Shown: positions 17,773-28,439, numbered from the stretch's first letter. The stretch: 64,000 bases of DNA from Chlorobiota bacterium (GCA_046290495.1 JBKAGT010000005.1:257550-321549); one strand, 5' to 3'. The notes: generated by a model not told the origin, from the sequence alone. Numbers and translations are program-made.

Positions 17773-20490
17773 ATGAAATTAAAATTTGTAACTTCATTTC
17801 TAGCCATTCTACTACTATCTACCATCAGTTCGCATTCAAAAGAACCTATCGGCTTTGAAGATATACTAAAATTTGAAGATTTGAACAATCCCTCTATAAC
17901 TGACAACGGAAAATGGGTAACTTATAGACTTGATAAACAAAGAGGAAATAACAAATACGTTATCAAATCTACAGAGAGTGATAAAGAATTTATAGTTGAG
18001 AGAGGTTCATTCTTAAGATATTCTGATAATACAAATTGGTTCGCTGTTAAATTGGAGACAGATTATTTAGAAAAGATTAATGATAGTAATAAAGAAAATA
18101 AAGGCAACGAATTAGTATTAATCGAAGCCATTAATGAAAACAAGTATACAATTGAAGATATTGTTAATTTTAATATCTCAAAAAATGGTAAATGGCTTGC
18201 TTATACCAGAAAATACGAGGATAAGAAAAAGTCGAAAGTAAAACAATTTTATATTAGACACTTAGAAACGAAATCTGAATTTAAAATAGACAATGTGAAT
18301 GATTTTACTTTTGATTCATTAGGAAATAATATTTTTTACTCAACCTTTACGAAAGATATTAGTTCACTTTATAAGAGAGATTTAAATCAAAATTTTGCTC
18401 CAGAACAAATTATTGAGACTGATTCTAATGTAAAGTATTCTAATTTGTATTGGAATGATTCATTTAATATTCTTTTTTATTTAAAAGGATACATTAATGA
18501 ATCTGAAAAGATAAGGGACAATCAAGTAAAACAATTCTCCTTAAATAGCAATAATATTAGTTTAATAGCAGATACAAGCTCTAAGAAAGATTGGTATATA
18601 CCAGAAAAGAATAGATTAAAACTTTCAGATAACGGCTATTTATGGTTTGGTTATAAGCCAGATAAAGAATGGTATGATATTGATAAAGATACGACAAAAA
18701 TTACTGAAGAAAACCTTTATAATCTAGATAAAATCCTTGATGACACTCAATTGTTCTTATGGCATCCAGATGATCCTGAGATTATGACATTACAAAGAAC
18801 TCAATGGAATAAAGTCAAAGATAAAGTTTATTATAACATATACGATTTAGAAGCAGAAACCATACTTTATTCTTCAGATGAATCTGATGAAAATTTACAA
18901 TATAGTGATTCAGATTTCAGCTTAGTATATAATTATGAACCTCATAAAAGATTAGTCCTATACAAAGGCTGGTATTACGATTTATACGTTGTGAATATTA
19001 AAACAGGAGTAAAAACTTTAATTGCTGAAGAATTAGAAGAAAGAGCAACTTTATCTCCTAATGGTAAATACACTGTGTTTTATAATAAGAAAAATTGGTA
19101 TAGCTATAATAACACAAACGGAAAATTAATACACCTTAATAGTGAAATGGAGATACCGTTTTACGATGTTATGGATGACCACCCAAAAGAACCAAATGCT
19201 TATGGAATCAATGGCTGGATAGGTGAAGATAAATTCGTAATCATTAGAGATGAATTCGATTTATGGAAATTTGATTTATCTAATGGTGCTCATTCTAACA
19301 TAACAAATGAATATGGAAGAACTAATAAGACTAAAATCCGAATTTACGATTTGGATAATGAAAAGAAATGGTATGATATAAATGAGACAGTAGTTGTTTC
19401 ATTATATGGAAAGTTTAATAAGAAAAAAGAACTGGGGACTTTAAATATCTCCACAGGACAAATAGATAAGAGGTTAGAGGGTGACTTTAATTATAACATC
19501 ATTAAAAAATCTAAATATACAAACAAATTAATCTATACGAAACAAGGCTTTAACACTTATCCAGATTTGTGGGTAACAGACACTACATTATCGAGCCCTA
19601 TTCAAGTTTCTAATGGTCAGAAACAATTAGATAAATACCTATGGGGAACTTCTCACTTAGTTGAATATGTAACTGAATTAGGAGATACTCTTCAAGGATA
19701 CTATGCACTACCAGAAAACTATAAGAAAGGTAAAAAGTATCCTGTTTTCGTATATTTCTATGAAAGATTCTCTGATAGAAAAAACTTGTTTAACATGCCT
19801 AAAGTGAATCATAGACCTCCTTATTCACTTTACTTAGGTAATGAGTATGTTATGTTCTTCCCAGATATAAAATTTTATGATGGCATGCCAGGTGAATCAT
19901 CTAAAGCTGCACTAATTGCGGGTTGTGACAAATTAGTAGAAATGGGAATAGCTGATAAAGAAAGAATAGTTATGCATGGACATAGCTGGTCTGGTTATGA
20001 AAGTGCTTGGATAGTTACTCAAACAGATTACTTTGCTGCATGTGTTTCTGGTGCACCTGTTTCTAATATGACTTCTGCTTACTCTGGAATAAGGTTAGGT
20101 TCTGGACTTGCTAGACAATTTCAATATGAGACACAACAAAGTAGAATAGGTGGAAATATTATAGATTCATTAGATGCTTATATAAAGAATTCACCTATAT
20201 TTTTTGCAGACCAAATGAATACACCTTTGATGGTAATGTTTGGTGATGTTGATGAGGCAGTGCCGTGGCAACAAGGTATTGAGCTATATTTGGCATTAAG
20301 GAGATTCGACAAGAATTGTATATTCTTACAGTATGAAAATGAACCACATCATCTGAAAAAGCTTCACAATCAGCTTGATTATTCGATGAGAATGAAGCAA
20401 TTCATGGATTATTATGTCTTTGGTGGTGAAATGCCACTATGGATGAAGCAAGGATTTGAATATAAAGGTATATATAATACTGGTAATTAG
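17773..20490 (+). CDS. S9-family (prolyl oligopeptidase / DPP-like) serine peptidase with an N-terminal beta-propeller region
   Basis: Signal peptide. The C-terminal alpha/beta-hydrolase region carries nucleophile GHSWSG (G-x-S-x-G), acid FGDVDEAVP and His YENEPHHL. A long N-terminal repeat-rich region precedes it. Confidence 0.7.
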   Translation: MKLKFVTSFLAILLLSTISSHSKEPIGFEDILKFEDLNNPSITDNGKWVTYRLDKQRGNNKYVIKSTESDKEFIVERGSFLRYSDNTNWFAVKLETDYLEKINDSNKENKGNELVLIEAINENKYTIEDIVNFNISKNGKWLAYTRKYEDKKKSKVKQFYIRHLETKSEFKIDNVNDFTFDSLGNNIFYSTFTKDISSLYKRDLNQNFAPEQIIETDSNVKYSNLYWNDSFNILFYLKGYINESEKIRDNQVKQFSLNSNNISLIADTSSKKDWYIPEKNRLKLSDNGYLWFGYKPDKEWYDIDKDTTKITEENLYNLDKILDDTQLFLWHPDDPEIMTLQRTQWNKVKDKVYYNIYDLEAETILYSSDESDENLQYSDSDFSLVYNYEPHKRLVLYKGWYYDLYVVNIKTGVKTLIAEELEERATLSPNGKYTVFYNKKNWYSYNNTNGKLIHLNSEMEIPFYDVMDDHPKEPNAYGINGWIGEDKFVIIRDEFDLWKFDLSNGAHSNITNEYGRTNKTKIRIYDLDNEKKWYDINETVVVSLYGKFNKKKELGTLNISTGQIDKRLEGDFNYNIIKKSKYTNKLIYTKQGFNTYPDLWVTDTTLSSPIQVSNGQKQLDKYLWGTSHLVEYVTELGDTLQGYYALPENYKKGKKYPVFVYFYERFSDRKNLFNMPKVNHRPPYSLYLGNEYVMFFPDIKFYDGMPGESSKAALIAGCDKLVEMGIADKERIVMHGHSWSGYESAWIVTQTDYFAACVSGAPVSNMTSAYSGIRLGSGLARQFQYETQQSRIGGNIIDSLDAYIKNSPIFFADQMNTPLMVMFGDVDEAVPWQQGIELYLALRRFDKNCIFLQYENEPHHLKKLHNQLDYSMRMKQFMDYYVFGGEMPLWMKQGFEYKGIYNTGN

Positions 20491-20492
20491 AT

Positions 20493-21575
20493 TTAATTAC
20501 CAGTTATAAATTCTTCATCTGTTAGAGTTTTTAAGAAGTTAATCAAATCATCTTTATCAGATTGAGTTAGTCCAATTCCATCTTTAATTTTGAACATATT
20601 GGCATCAAGCGATAAAGAAACTTGAACATTACTATTATAATGCTCAACAACTTCTTCCAAAGTTTCAAATCTACCATCGTGCATGTATGGAGCGGTAACG
20701 GCTACATTCCTTAGCGATGGTACTTTAAAAGCACCACGATCATTTAATTCATTTGTAACATTAAATCTACCACCGTCTTCTGATTTTTTATCAAGGCCAT
20801 TATTCATGAAGTCATGATTAGAAAAGTTTGCTGTACCATGACAATGGAAACAATCAGCTCCAGTTTCTTCTCCAGTTGGATCAAATTCAGTAAAAAATAT
20901 TTCCTCACCTCTCTTTTCTGAATCTGTAAATTCGGCTTCTCCCCTTTGAACTTTGTCATATTTTGAATTACCAGAAACTAAAGTCAACATAAATTGTTCT
21001 AGAGCTAGTCCAAGCTTTCTTTCTGTAATTACTGAATCTTCAAATGCTTTGTAAAACAATTCTTTGTATTTAGAGCTATTGTTAAGTTTCAAAACAACGT
21101 TTTCCAAAGTTTCATCCATTTCCAATGGGTCTTCTATTGGAACTAAAGCTTGATGTCTAAGTGAATCTGACCTCCCATCCCAAAAGAAACCTTTTTGATG
21201 ATAAAATAGGTTAAACAATGGCATTGAGTTTCTAGTTCCTATTTTACCATCTACTCCAATTGAAAACTTTTTATTACCATCTGAAAAAGAATTTTCTTGT
21301 TGGTGACATGAATTACATGAAACGCTACCATTTCTAGATAGTATTCCATCAGAAAATAATTCCTTGCCTAGCAGAACACCTTCTTCAGTAAGAGCATTAT
21401 CTACTGGAAGTATGGCACGTGGTAAATTGCCAGGAATTACAAGGTTATATGGTGTTGTTGAGAACTCTTCAACCGGTTCAATAGCTGACTTTTCTTCACC
21501 ACATGAAGAAAGAAATGTTAAAAATAAAACACTTAGATAGAATAAAGTAATTGTCAAAAAAGATTTAAATTTCAT
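20493..21575 (-). CDS. Di-haem cytochrome c peroxidase family protein (CCP/MauG/MbnH-like)
   Basis: Two CxxCH haem-binding motifs (CNSCHQ and CFHCHG), a lipoprotein-type signal peptide, and the conserved CCP spacing. Confidence 0.8.
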   Translation of the reverse strand: MKFKSFLTITLFYLSVLFLTFLSSCGEEKSAIEPVEEFSTTPYNLVIPGNLPRAILPVDNALTEEGVLLGKELFSDGILSRNGSVSCNSCHQQENSFSDGNKKFSIGVDGKIGTRNSMPLFNLFYHQKGFFWDGRSDSLRHQALVPIEDPLEMDETLENVVLKLNNSSKYKELFYKAFEDSVITERKLGLALEQFMLTLVSGNSKYDKVQRGEAEFTDSEKRGEEIFFTEFDPTGEETGADCFHCHGTANFSNHDFMNNGLDKKSEDGGRFNVTNELNDRGAFKVPSLRNVAVTAPYMHDGRFETLEEVVEHYNSNVQVSLSLDANMFKIKDGIGLTQSDKDDLINFLKTLTDEEFITGN

Positions 21576-21580
21576 CTCAA

Positions 21581-22309
21581 CTATTTAATTGTGAATGATA
21601 ATTTTAGGTTTTCAGCTACAGCTTCACTAAGTCCAAAGTCAGATTTTGAATGAGTAACATAGGGATAATCATTAATGTTTATGTTTGTTTGTGAATCGAA
21701 AATTCTAGCAACATCTAAATTAATTTCTAACTGTCCAGAATCGTCTATGACAAAATTTTCATCAATTGTAATTCTTATCTGATTTTTATTTAATCCAATA
21801 TGATAAGTAATAGCGTCTTTAATTGTTCCATTATCGAAAACTATTCCCTCTAATGTGAGAAAAATGAATCCATCAATCCAGTTCCAATACATGTCATTAA
21901 CAATTGGATTCAGTGGACTATCTGAAGAAAATGTATTAGGGTCAGTTACATTTAGAATAGAATCAACACCTAAATTAAATGAAATAGAAGAGTATGAACC
22001 TGCATCAATAGTTCCTAAACTAAAACTCAGTCTGCTGTTTTCATTATCAATAAATGCATAACTGGAGTCTAAATTAATCTCGTTTCCTTCATTTGTTACG
22101 AGTGTGAAGTTAGATAGCAAATATTTTAACTTTGTTATAGATAAAGTATTACCAGAAGTATTTGTATAGATCTCACCACTCTCAATAGGGTTTTCATCAA
22201 ACAAGTGATTCATACTTATTTTCAAATTTACTGACTTATTTGGTGTAGTTGTATTCTCTTCACTACAAGAAATGATTAAGAATATCAACAGAATTGAAAA
22301 GTATTTCAT
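21581..22309 (-). CDS. Periplasmic lipoprotein, possibly an MbnP-family partner of the di-haem peroxidase
   Basis: Lipobox (LIISCSEE). About 240 aa with a Trp-rich MYWNWIDGF segment. It lies immediately upstream of the CCP-family gene on the same strand, which is the mbnP-mbnH gene order. Assignment rests on context and size only. Confidence 0.35.
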   Translation of the reverse strand: MKYFSILLIFLIISCSEENTTTPNKSVNLKISMNHLFDENPIESGEIYTNTSGNTLSITKLKYLLSNFTLVTNEGNEINLDSSYAFIDNENSRLSFSLGTIDAGSYSSISFNLGVDSILNVTDPNTFSSDSPLNPIVNDMYWNWIDGFIFLTLEGIVFDNGTIKDAITYHIGLNKNQIRITIDENFVIDDSGQLEINLDVARIFDSQTNININDYPYVTHSKSDFGLSEAVAENLKLSFTIK

Positions 22310-22386
22310 TGAATTTATCGATAGTTAATATTTTGATTTAGAAGTATTTGAATAATTTATATTATATTTCAAGTTACTATTTTTTG

Positions 22387-22460
22387 CACCCCCGGAGGGA
22401 TTCGAACCCCCAACCCTCAGAGCCGAAATCTGATACTCTATCCAGTTGAGCTACGGAGGC
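22387..22460 (-). tRNA. tRNA-Arg (TCG)
   Basis: Reverse complement reads GCCTCCG/TAGCTCAACTGGATAGAGT/A/TCAGA-TTTCGGC-TCTGA/GGGTT/GGGGG-TTCGAAT-CCCTC/CGGGGGT+G. The acceptor stem has two G-U pairs. Anticodon TCG. Confidence 0.7.
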
Positions 22461-22464
22461 GTAT

Positions 22465-23934
22465 TTATTTTCGTTTGATTAATCTCTTCAGTGCTCTCAT
22501 TTCTTCTTTAGTGAAGAAGCCAAATAATTTCAATAAAACCAGGAAAGTAAACAATAATGCAACTTTAGAAATAAAGTCATTCATTGTCCCGTACTCTAGA
22601 TTTATGAAATCATTGGCAAAGTATCCTATTAATGTTAAAATTGCTATTGTTATTATTTTCTTCCATTCATATTCGATTTTGTAAGTCTTATTAGAAAAAT
22701 AATAAATTAGAACAGCATTAACAAAGAAACCAATTAGAGTTGCCCAAGCTGCACCTATATAACCAATTTCAGGAATCAGTATGTACATTGCAGCAAAATA
22801 GAATGCCGTGCCTGTAACTATTGAATATGCCAAATACTTTGTTTTCTTTGCTATATGAAGAGATGCAGAGAAATTATTATACATCCCATTAAACCAATAT
22901 GCTAATAAGATAATTGGTATTATAACCAATCCTTCTTTATAATCATTTGGTAAAAGTTTCCCTCTACCTATAAATGGTATATCAGAAATATATCTCACAA
23001 AATATGAGAAACTCAAGAATATCAATGAGCCAATAAATGTGAAATAAGTTAAAATTTTAGAAAATAACTTATTAGCACCTTCCTCATTATAGTTGTTTAG
23101 GAAAAATGGTCTCCAGGCATAGTCAAATGCAGTTATATATAATAGCATTGGAATACCAAGTTTGTAATTTGCCGAATAAACTGCTTGTGCTTCAGAACCC
23201 GAAAATGCCTTAACTATAGGTTTATCTGCTACATTTAGTAGTATAGAGGAAATAGCAGCTGGTAATGTTGGTACACCATATACTAACATTTTTTTCAATA
23301 ATTCAGAATCAAAACTGAACTCTAAATACTTCATTATTCTAGGTATGTGAATAGCTAATGTAACCAATGAAGCTAACAGTTGAATTACTAAAACAGCAAA
23401 TACACCTAAATTGAGTACAGCAACAGCAATAAAGGTTAATGAGACGTAAAATATAACGTGAACAAACCTAATTATAATAAAGCTTTTAGCTTTATTCGTC
23501 ATTCTAAGTAATCCGTAAGGTATGAATTGTATAGCATCTATCAATGGAACAAAAGCAGCAATTCTAATTAAATCAGCTGAATTTTCAATTTCACCAGATA
23601 GTATAAATTCTAATTGATCTGATAGTATAAATATTGATATCGAAATAATTGAACCAAATATTAATATTCCAATGAAAGAGTGAGAGAATACTTGTTTAGA
23701 ATATTGAAAATCATCTTTTTTATAAAATCTAAAAAATGAACTTTCTAGAGCTGTTGCATAAAGAATATTTAATAACCCAATATACACATAAATTATCACT
23801 ATATCTGCATATTCAGTCTTGGGTAAGTAATTTATATAAAGAGGAAATAGTATAAATGTAAGAAACCTACCAATGATATTGAATATACCATAAGTTGCAG
23901 TCTGACCAGCTAATTCTTTTAGCTTAGCTTTCAT
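22465..23934 (-). CDS. Oligosaccharide/polysaccharide flippase (Wzx, MOP superfamily)
   Basis: Predicted polytopic membrane protein of about 12 TM. The N-terminus (AGQTATYGIFNIIGRFLTFILFPLY) is typical of the polysaccharide biosynthesis protein family. Confidence 0.65.
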   Translation of the reverse strand: MKAKLKELAGQTATYGIFNIIGRFLTFILFPLYINYLPKTEYADIVIIYVYIGLLNILYATALESSFFRFYKKDDFQYSKQVFSHSFIGILIFGSIISISIFILSDQLEFILSGEIENSADLIRIAAFVPLIDAIQFIPYGLLRMTNKAKSFIIIRFVHVIFYVSLTFIAVAVLNLGVFAVLVIQLLASLVTLAIHIPRIMKYLEFSFDSELLKKMLVYGVPTLPAAISSILLNVADKPIVKAFSGSEAQAVYSANYKLGIPMLLYITAFDYAWRPFFLNNYNEEGANKLFSKILTYFTFIGSLIFLSFSYFVRYISDIPFIGRGKLLPNDYKEGLVIIPIILLAYWFNGMYNNFSASLHIAKKTKYLAYSIVTGTAFYFAAMYILIPEIGYIGAAWATLIGFFVNAVLIYYFSNKTYKIEYEWKKIITIAILTLIGYFANDFINLEYGTMNDFISKVALLFTFLVLLKLFGFFTKEEMRALKRLIKRK

Positions 23935-23935
23935 A

Positions 23936-24121
23936 TTACTTTATTTTTTTCTTATTGGTAGGTAGTGATAATACAAAACCGAAAACAGCTCCGTAAAGAG
24001 TCATTGTAGTCCAACTTGATTTTAAAGGACATCCAGATTCACATCCAAAGAAATGGTAGTAACCATATCCAATAATTGCTCCAAGAGCTGTAATCAATAA
24101 TATTTTTAGTTTTGAGTTCAT
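23936..24121 (-). CDS. Small two-helix membrane protein with a GCESGCP motif (hypothetical)
   Basis: 61 aa with two hydrophobic helices flanking GCESGCPL. Tightly packed between scpB and the flippase gene on the same strand. Confidence 0.4.
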   Translation of the reverse strand: MNSKLKILLITALGAIIGYGYYHFFGCESGCPLKSSWTTMTLYGAVFGFVLSLPTNKKKIK

Positions 24122-24138
24122 ATCGATTAATTACGATT

Positions 24139-24837
24139 CTAATTATCTATTTGTTCCGAGTCTTTCTTTTTCTCATCTATCTTCAAAACAAACTCTTCGG
24201 TTTCTTCGCTATTTAAACCAAATTCCTTTATTTCTTTAAGTTTAGGTAGGTCGTCTATACTATTTATTCCAAATGATTTAAGAAATTCAGTTGTCGTACC
24301 ATATAGATAAGGATTTCCAGGAGCATCACTCTTCCCTATTATTTTAACAAATCCTTTATCTATCAATCCGTTTATAATCTCTTTAGAGTTAACTCCTCGA
24401 ATACTCTCTACACCAGGTCTTGAAATAGGTTGTCTGTAAGCTATAATGGCAAGGGTTTCTAAATTTGCATTTGTTAACTTTCTTCTTCTAACGTTTTTAT
24501 TTATTTTACCTACAATCTTACCAAATTTCCTAGAGGTTACTATATTAAATCCCCCTCCACTTTCTATTATCCTGAAAGCTGCATCATTATGAGAATATTC
24601 TTCATTAATCTCATCAATTAATCTTTTGATGTATTCACGATCGAAACCAATTTTTTCAAGCATCTCATATTCGATAATATCTTGATCTGATTTACTACCA
24701 CTATCATTTGTGGCTAAAATCTTCATCAATTTATTGATGTATACTGGTTCTTCTATAGTGAAAAGAAGTGCTTCAATTGCTCTTTTTTGGTCCTCTTTTG
24801 GTAGAGTAAAAAAATATGGTAAATCTTCTATTTCCAT
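24139..24837 (-). CDS. scpB: Segregation and condensation protein B
   Basis: The N-terminal winged-helix region EALLFTIEEPVYINKL is typical of ScpB. The start overlaps the scpA stop. Confidence 0.8.
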   Translation of the reverse strand: MEIEDLPYFFTLPKEDQKRAIEALLFTIEEPVYINKLMKILATNDSGSKSDQDIIEYEMLEKIGFDREYIKRLIDEINEEYSHNDAAFRIIESGGGFNIVTSRKFGKIVGKINKNVRRRKLTNANLETLAIIAYRQPISRPGVESIRGVNSKEIINGLIDKGFVKIIGKSDAPGNPYLYGTTTEFLKSFGINSIDDLPKLKEIKEFGLNSEETEEFVLKIDEKKKDSEQIDN

Positions 24838-25547
24838 TAATTCATATTCAAATTGGGTGAAATAATAATATCTTCATTCAAATCATCTTGACTAACAAAT
24901 ATCTCAGATGAACGCACTAACTCCAATAATGCAAGGAATGTAACAACAAGGTTAGCTTTAGTCATTTTGGAAGTCAATTCAAAAAACATCAATCGTCCTT
25001 TAACTTTTAGACTTCTAATTATTTCTGTTTTCTGCTCTTCTACAGTAATTGGAATTAATTCTACTACATGTTCTTTTTTTGCATTGTCTAATCGATCAAC
25101 TGCAAATTTGAAAGCTGTAAGTAAATCAAATATTGTTGTGTTCGTATAGACTGTTTCAACATTCTCATCTTCAGGATAATATACTCTTTCATGAAAATGT
25201 AAGTTTTGCTCTTCATTGAGTCTTAATTCTTCTGATGCTTCCTTGATTTGTTTGTACTCTAATAACTTCTGTACCAATTCATTTCTTGGATCTTCAATCT
25301 CATCTCCATTTTCATCTTTTGGTCTTGGAAGCAAAAGTTTAGCTTTAACATACATTAAAGTGGAGGCCATAACTATAAACTCTCCAGCTAATTCTAAATC
25401 TAATAATTTCATGACTCTTACATAACTCAAAAATTCTTCAGTAATCCTAGATATAGGTATATCATATATATCTAACTCATCCCTTCTAATAAAATATAGG
25501 AGCAAGTCAAATGGACCTTCAAAATTTGGTAATTGAATTCTGTACAT
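24837..25547 (-). CDS. scpA: Segregation and condensation protein A
   Basis: MYRIQLPNFEGPFDLLLYFIRRDELDIYDIPISRITEEFL is a classic ScpA N-terminus. Confidence 0.8.
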   Translation of the reverse strand: MYRIQLPNFEGPFDLLLYFIRRDELDIYDIPISRITEEFLSYVRVMKLLDLELAGEFIVMASTLMYVKAKLLLPRPKDENGDEIEDPRNELVQKLLEYKQIKEASEELRLNEEQNLHFHERVYYPEDENVETVYTNTTIFDLLTAFKFAVDRLDNAKKEHVVELIPITVEEQKTEIIRSLKVKGRLMFFELTSKMTKANLVVTFLALLELVRSSEIFVSQDDLNEDIIISPNLNMN

Positions 25548-25616
25548 AAAATCTGAAATTTAGTATCTACAAAGGTAAAATATAGTTTAATAGAATAGTA
25601 ATATACTTATCAACAA

Positions 25617-26714
25617 CTATATATATACTCTTTCAATGCGTGGGAGTAATTGAGTGATAATTTCATAAGGAATCGTACCAACTTTCTCTGCTACATCATA
25701 TATATTGTCAGCTATTCCATTGTTTCCGATAATTGTTACCTTATCTCCATCTTCTACTCCTAAGCTAGTTATATCTACCATAGTAAAATCCATACATACG
25801 GAGCCAACTATTTTACAAGCTTTTCCATTAATCTCGAAAACTCCCTTATTGAACATTTTCCAAGGATAGCCATGTCCATATCCTATTGGAATTACAGCAA
25901 TTTCAATATCTTTGTCAGCGATATACTTATTGGAATAACCAACAGTCTCCCCTTTTAATACCCTTTTGGTTAAAGTCACTTCTGATACTAACTCAAGCCC
26001 CATTTCTAATTTACTTTCATCAAATAGTCTCTTGTTAGGTAAATATCCATATATGGATAAACCTGGCCTTGAATAAGTTGATTTATTATTCATTCCGCTA
26101 AATATTGCGGCTGAATTATGAGTGTGAGTATAATCTAATTTACCAAAAGCACTCTCTATTTCAGTTTTTGCTTTTTCAAAAAGTCTAAGTTGTTCTAAAG
26201 ATTGTTGTTTATCTATATCATCAGAAGAGATCAAGTGAGTAAGGCAGCCAATAACTTCTAAACTTTCTAATGTTTTTAATTCAGAGATCAACATTTCTAA
26301 TTCATCTAATCTCACACCTTCCCTATTCATGCCTGTATCAATGAAAATATGAATCTTTATTACAATGTTTTTCTTTTTAGCTTCCACATTTAAAGCATTG
26401 AGTACTTTAGTATTTACAATACTGACTTGCAAATCATTTTCAACAATATCGTCAACTTGTTCTATAGAAATAGAACCCGTTATCAAGATTTCACCATCAT
26501 CACCAAAACGTCTCAATTTTTGAGCTTCATGAACATAAGGAACTCCCAAAATTTCAACTTTCTCTTCCCTCAGAATCTTAGAAATTTCCTCCATTCCAAA
26601 ACCATAACCATTGGCTTTTACAATTCCTATAATCTTTGTGCCAGATGTTTCTCTAATTATTCTTAAATTGTGTCTTATTGCTTTGGTATTTATGATTGCT
26701 TTTGAACGATTCAT
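25617..26714 (-). CDS. alr: Alanine racemase
   Basis: PLP-lysine motif GIVKANGYGFG and overall length of 365 aa. Confidence 0.8.
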   Translation of the reverse strand: MNRSKAIINTKAIRHNLRIIRETSGTKIIGIVKANGYGFGMEEISKILREEKVEILGVPYVHEAQKLRRFGDDGEILITGSISIEQVDDIVENDLQVSIVNTKVLNALNVEAKKKNIVIKIHIFIDTGMNREGVRLDELEMLISELKTLESLEVIGCLTHLISSDDIDKQQSLEQLRLFEKAKTEIESAFGKLDYTHTHNSAAIFSGMNNKSTYSRPGLSIYGYLPNKRLFDESKLEMGLELVSEVTLTKRVLKGETVGYSNKYIADKDIEIAVIPIGYGHGYPWKMFNKGVFEINGKACKIVGSVCMDFTMVDITSLGVEDGDKVTIIGNNGIADNIYDVAEKVGTIPYEIITQLLPRIERVYI

Positions 26715-26783
26715 TAAATATTTGCTTCTTTTATGCCGAAATTAAAAATACAATATAGTATGAATAACAAAATTAATTCTTTT

Positions 26784-28439
26784 ATGAAAATAGTTCTATC
26801 ATTTCTATTAATTATTTTATTTAGCTCTTGTAAATCCGTGGAGAAACAAAAGAAATGTTCTGAAGTAACTAGCAAGAATAACTTAGGTACTTCAGTCAAT
26901 TCTCCAGATTCTGAATCTCTAATCAATACTTTTGAAAATCAAATCTATTTTTTACAATACAATGATGACGAATACAATATATTCCAATTATCTGACAATC
27001 AGACTTTATTAACAAACTATAATCAAGTTGTAAAAGATTTGGCAATAAAATCAACTGGTTTACCTGCCATTTCAAAGTTAGATAATAATTCTATTTTATT
27101 TGTAGTCTCAGGTTTGACTAGAGACACACTCAATAGAGATTTAATTACTGTTAGATTAGACAACCAATTGAATAAAACAGTTATAAATTCCGAGTTATTA
27201 AATTCTGAAGGATTTGATGGCCACCCTCATCTTGATGGCAATAAATTGTATTTTACTAAGGAGATAAATTCACAATGGGATATTTATTATTCTGACTTTA
27301 TTGGTAATGAGTGGACTAAACCAATGCCCTTAATTGAAGTCAATACGCCTTCAGACGAGGGGTTTTACAATCGAAATAACAAAATCGAACTATTTTCAAG
27401 AAGAAATGTGCAAAATAAATTTGACATTTTTAGAAGTAGTACTGATGAAAATAATCAAAAACAATACTCGAAGCTCTCAAATGATTTCAATTCTAGCTAC
27501 AATGATATTTCACCTTGCTTGATTGAAGAAAGTGTTTATTATTCATCTGATAGACCTGGTGGTTGCGGTGAGTTTGATTTGTATGCTTCAGATTTTTGTA
27601 ATAATGTTGTTTTGTACGGTCAAGTTATAAGTGAATTTGAGAATATACCGTTAATCGGAACTGTTAATCTTTATAATTCAAACAAACAGTTAGTAAATAG
27701 TGTAAATATAGATAATTCAAACTTTACATTTGACTTAGAGCCTAACAACTATTATTACTTAGAATATATCAATAAATGCTATTCGACAAAACAAACAACT
27801 GACATATTTTATGCAGAGTGCAATGAAAAAGAGAATGTAGTTTTAACTCAAGAAATAATACTTCCTGACTACAATGTTGAATTTAATTTTGAGGAATATG
27901 ATATTCCTTTTTTCGTCACAGGTTATTACAGACCTAACACTACTGAAAACTTAGCAGAATTGAAAAAATTGTTTAAGCATGGAGTAATTAAGGGAAAGGG
28001 TAATACTTCATATATTGAATACCCATCTGATAAATACCATGACTATTCTTATGTAATTGACTCTGCTTTTGACAGTGCGATAGAATTTATTGAATTACAG
28101 TTATCTAATTTAGAAAATGCGTGTCTAAACAACAGTATAAAATTAGCAATTGACATTACAGGATACTCTGACCCGAGAAAAATAAGTGAAAATAACATCT
28201 ACCCAGGACCTGATATTTACGATTCAGAAGGGATAGTTGTGTTTAGCAACGGTGAAACTGTAGACAATGAAAAGCTCTCTTTCTTAAGAGCATATTATAC
28301 CGGTGAATATATTAAGTCAAAATTAGTGAACAACAAAAATATAGTATATAATATTTATACTGGCGGAGTCAAATCAGAAAGTCAACTTCCAAATGATTTG
28401 AAGAGAAAAGTAAAGATAAGTATTAGATTACAAAAGTAA
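26784..28439 (+). CDS. OmpA-family peptidoglycan-binding protein with TolB-like (PD40/WD40-like) beta-propeller repeats
   Basis: Lipoprotein signal MKIVLSFLLIILFSSC. PD40-like repeats. A C-terminal OmpA_C-like region (ITGYSDPRKIS...NEKLSFLRAYYTGEYI). The start was chosen at 26784; an alternative ATG is at 26760. Confidence 0.6.
   Translation: MKIVLSFLLIILFSSCKSVEKQKKCSEVTSKNNLGTSVNSPDSESLINTFENQIYFLQYNDDEYNIFQLSDNQTLLTNYNQVVKDLAIKSTGLPAISKLDNNSILFVVSGLTRDTLNRDLITVRLDNQLNKTVINSELLNSEGFDGHPHLDGNKLYFTKEINSQWDIYYSDFIGNEWTKPMPLIEVNTPSDEGFYNRNNKIELFSRRNVQNKFDIFRSSTDENNQKQYSKLSNDFNSSYNDISPCLIEESVYYSSDRPGGCGEFDLYASDFCNNVVLYGQVISEFENIPLIGTVNLYNSNKQLVNSVNIDNSNFTFDLEPNNYYYLEYINKCYSTKQTTDIFYAECNEKENVVLTQEIILPDYNVEFNFEEYDIPFFVTGYYRPNTTENLAELKKLFKHGVIKGKGNTSYIEYPSDKYHDYSYVIDSAFDSAIEFIELQLSNLENACLNNSIKLAIDITGYSDPRKISENNIYPGPDIYDSEGIVVFSNGETVDNEKLSFLRAYYTGEYIKSKLVNNKNIVYNIYTGGVKSESQLPNDLKRKVKISIRLQK

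Noticed and set aside
26714-26926. 70-aa minus-strand ORF between alr and the OmpA-like gene
   Set aside because: It is antisense to the signal-peptide-encoding 5' end of the OmpA/TolB-like gene and to its promoter region. It has no motif. It is probably an AT-rich spurious ORF.
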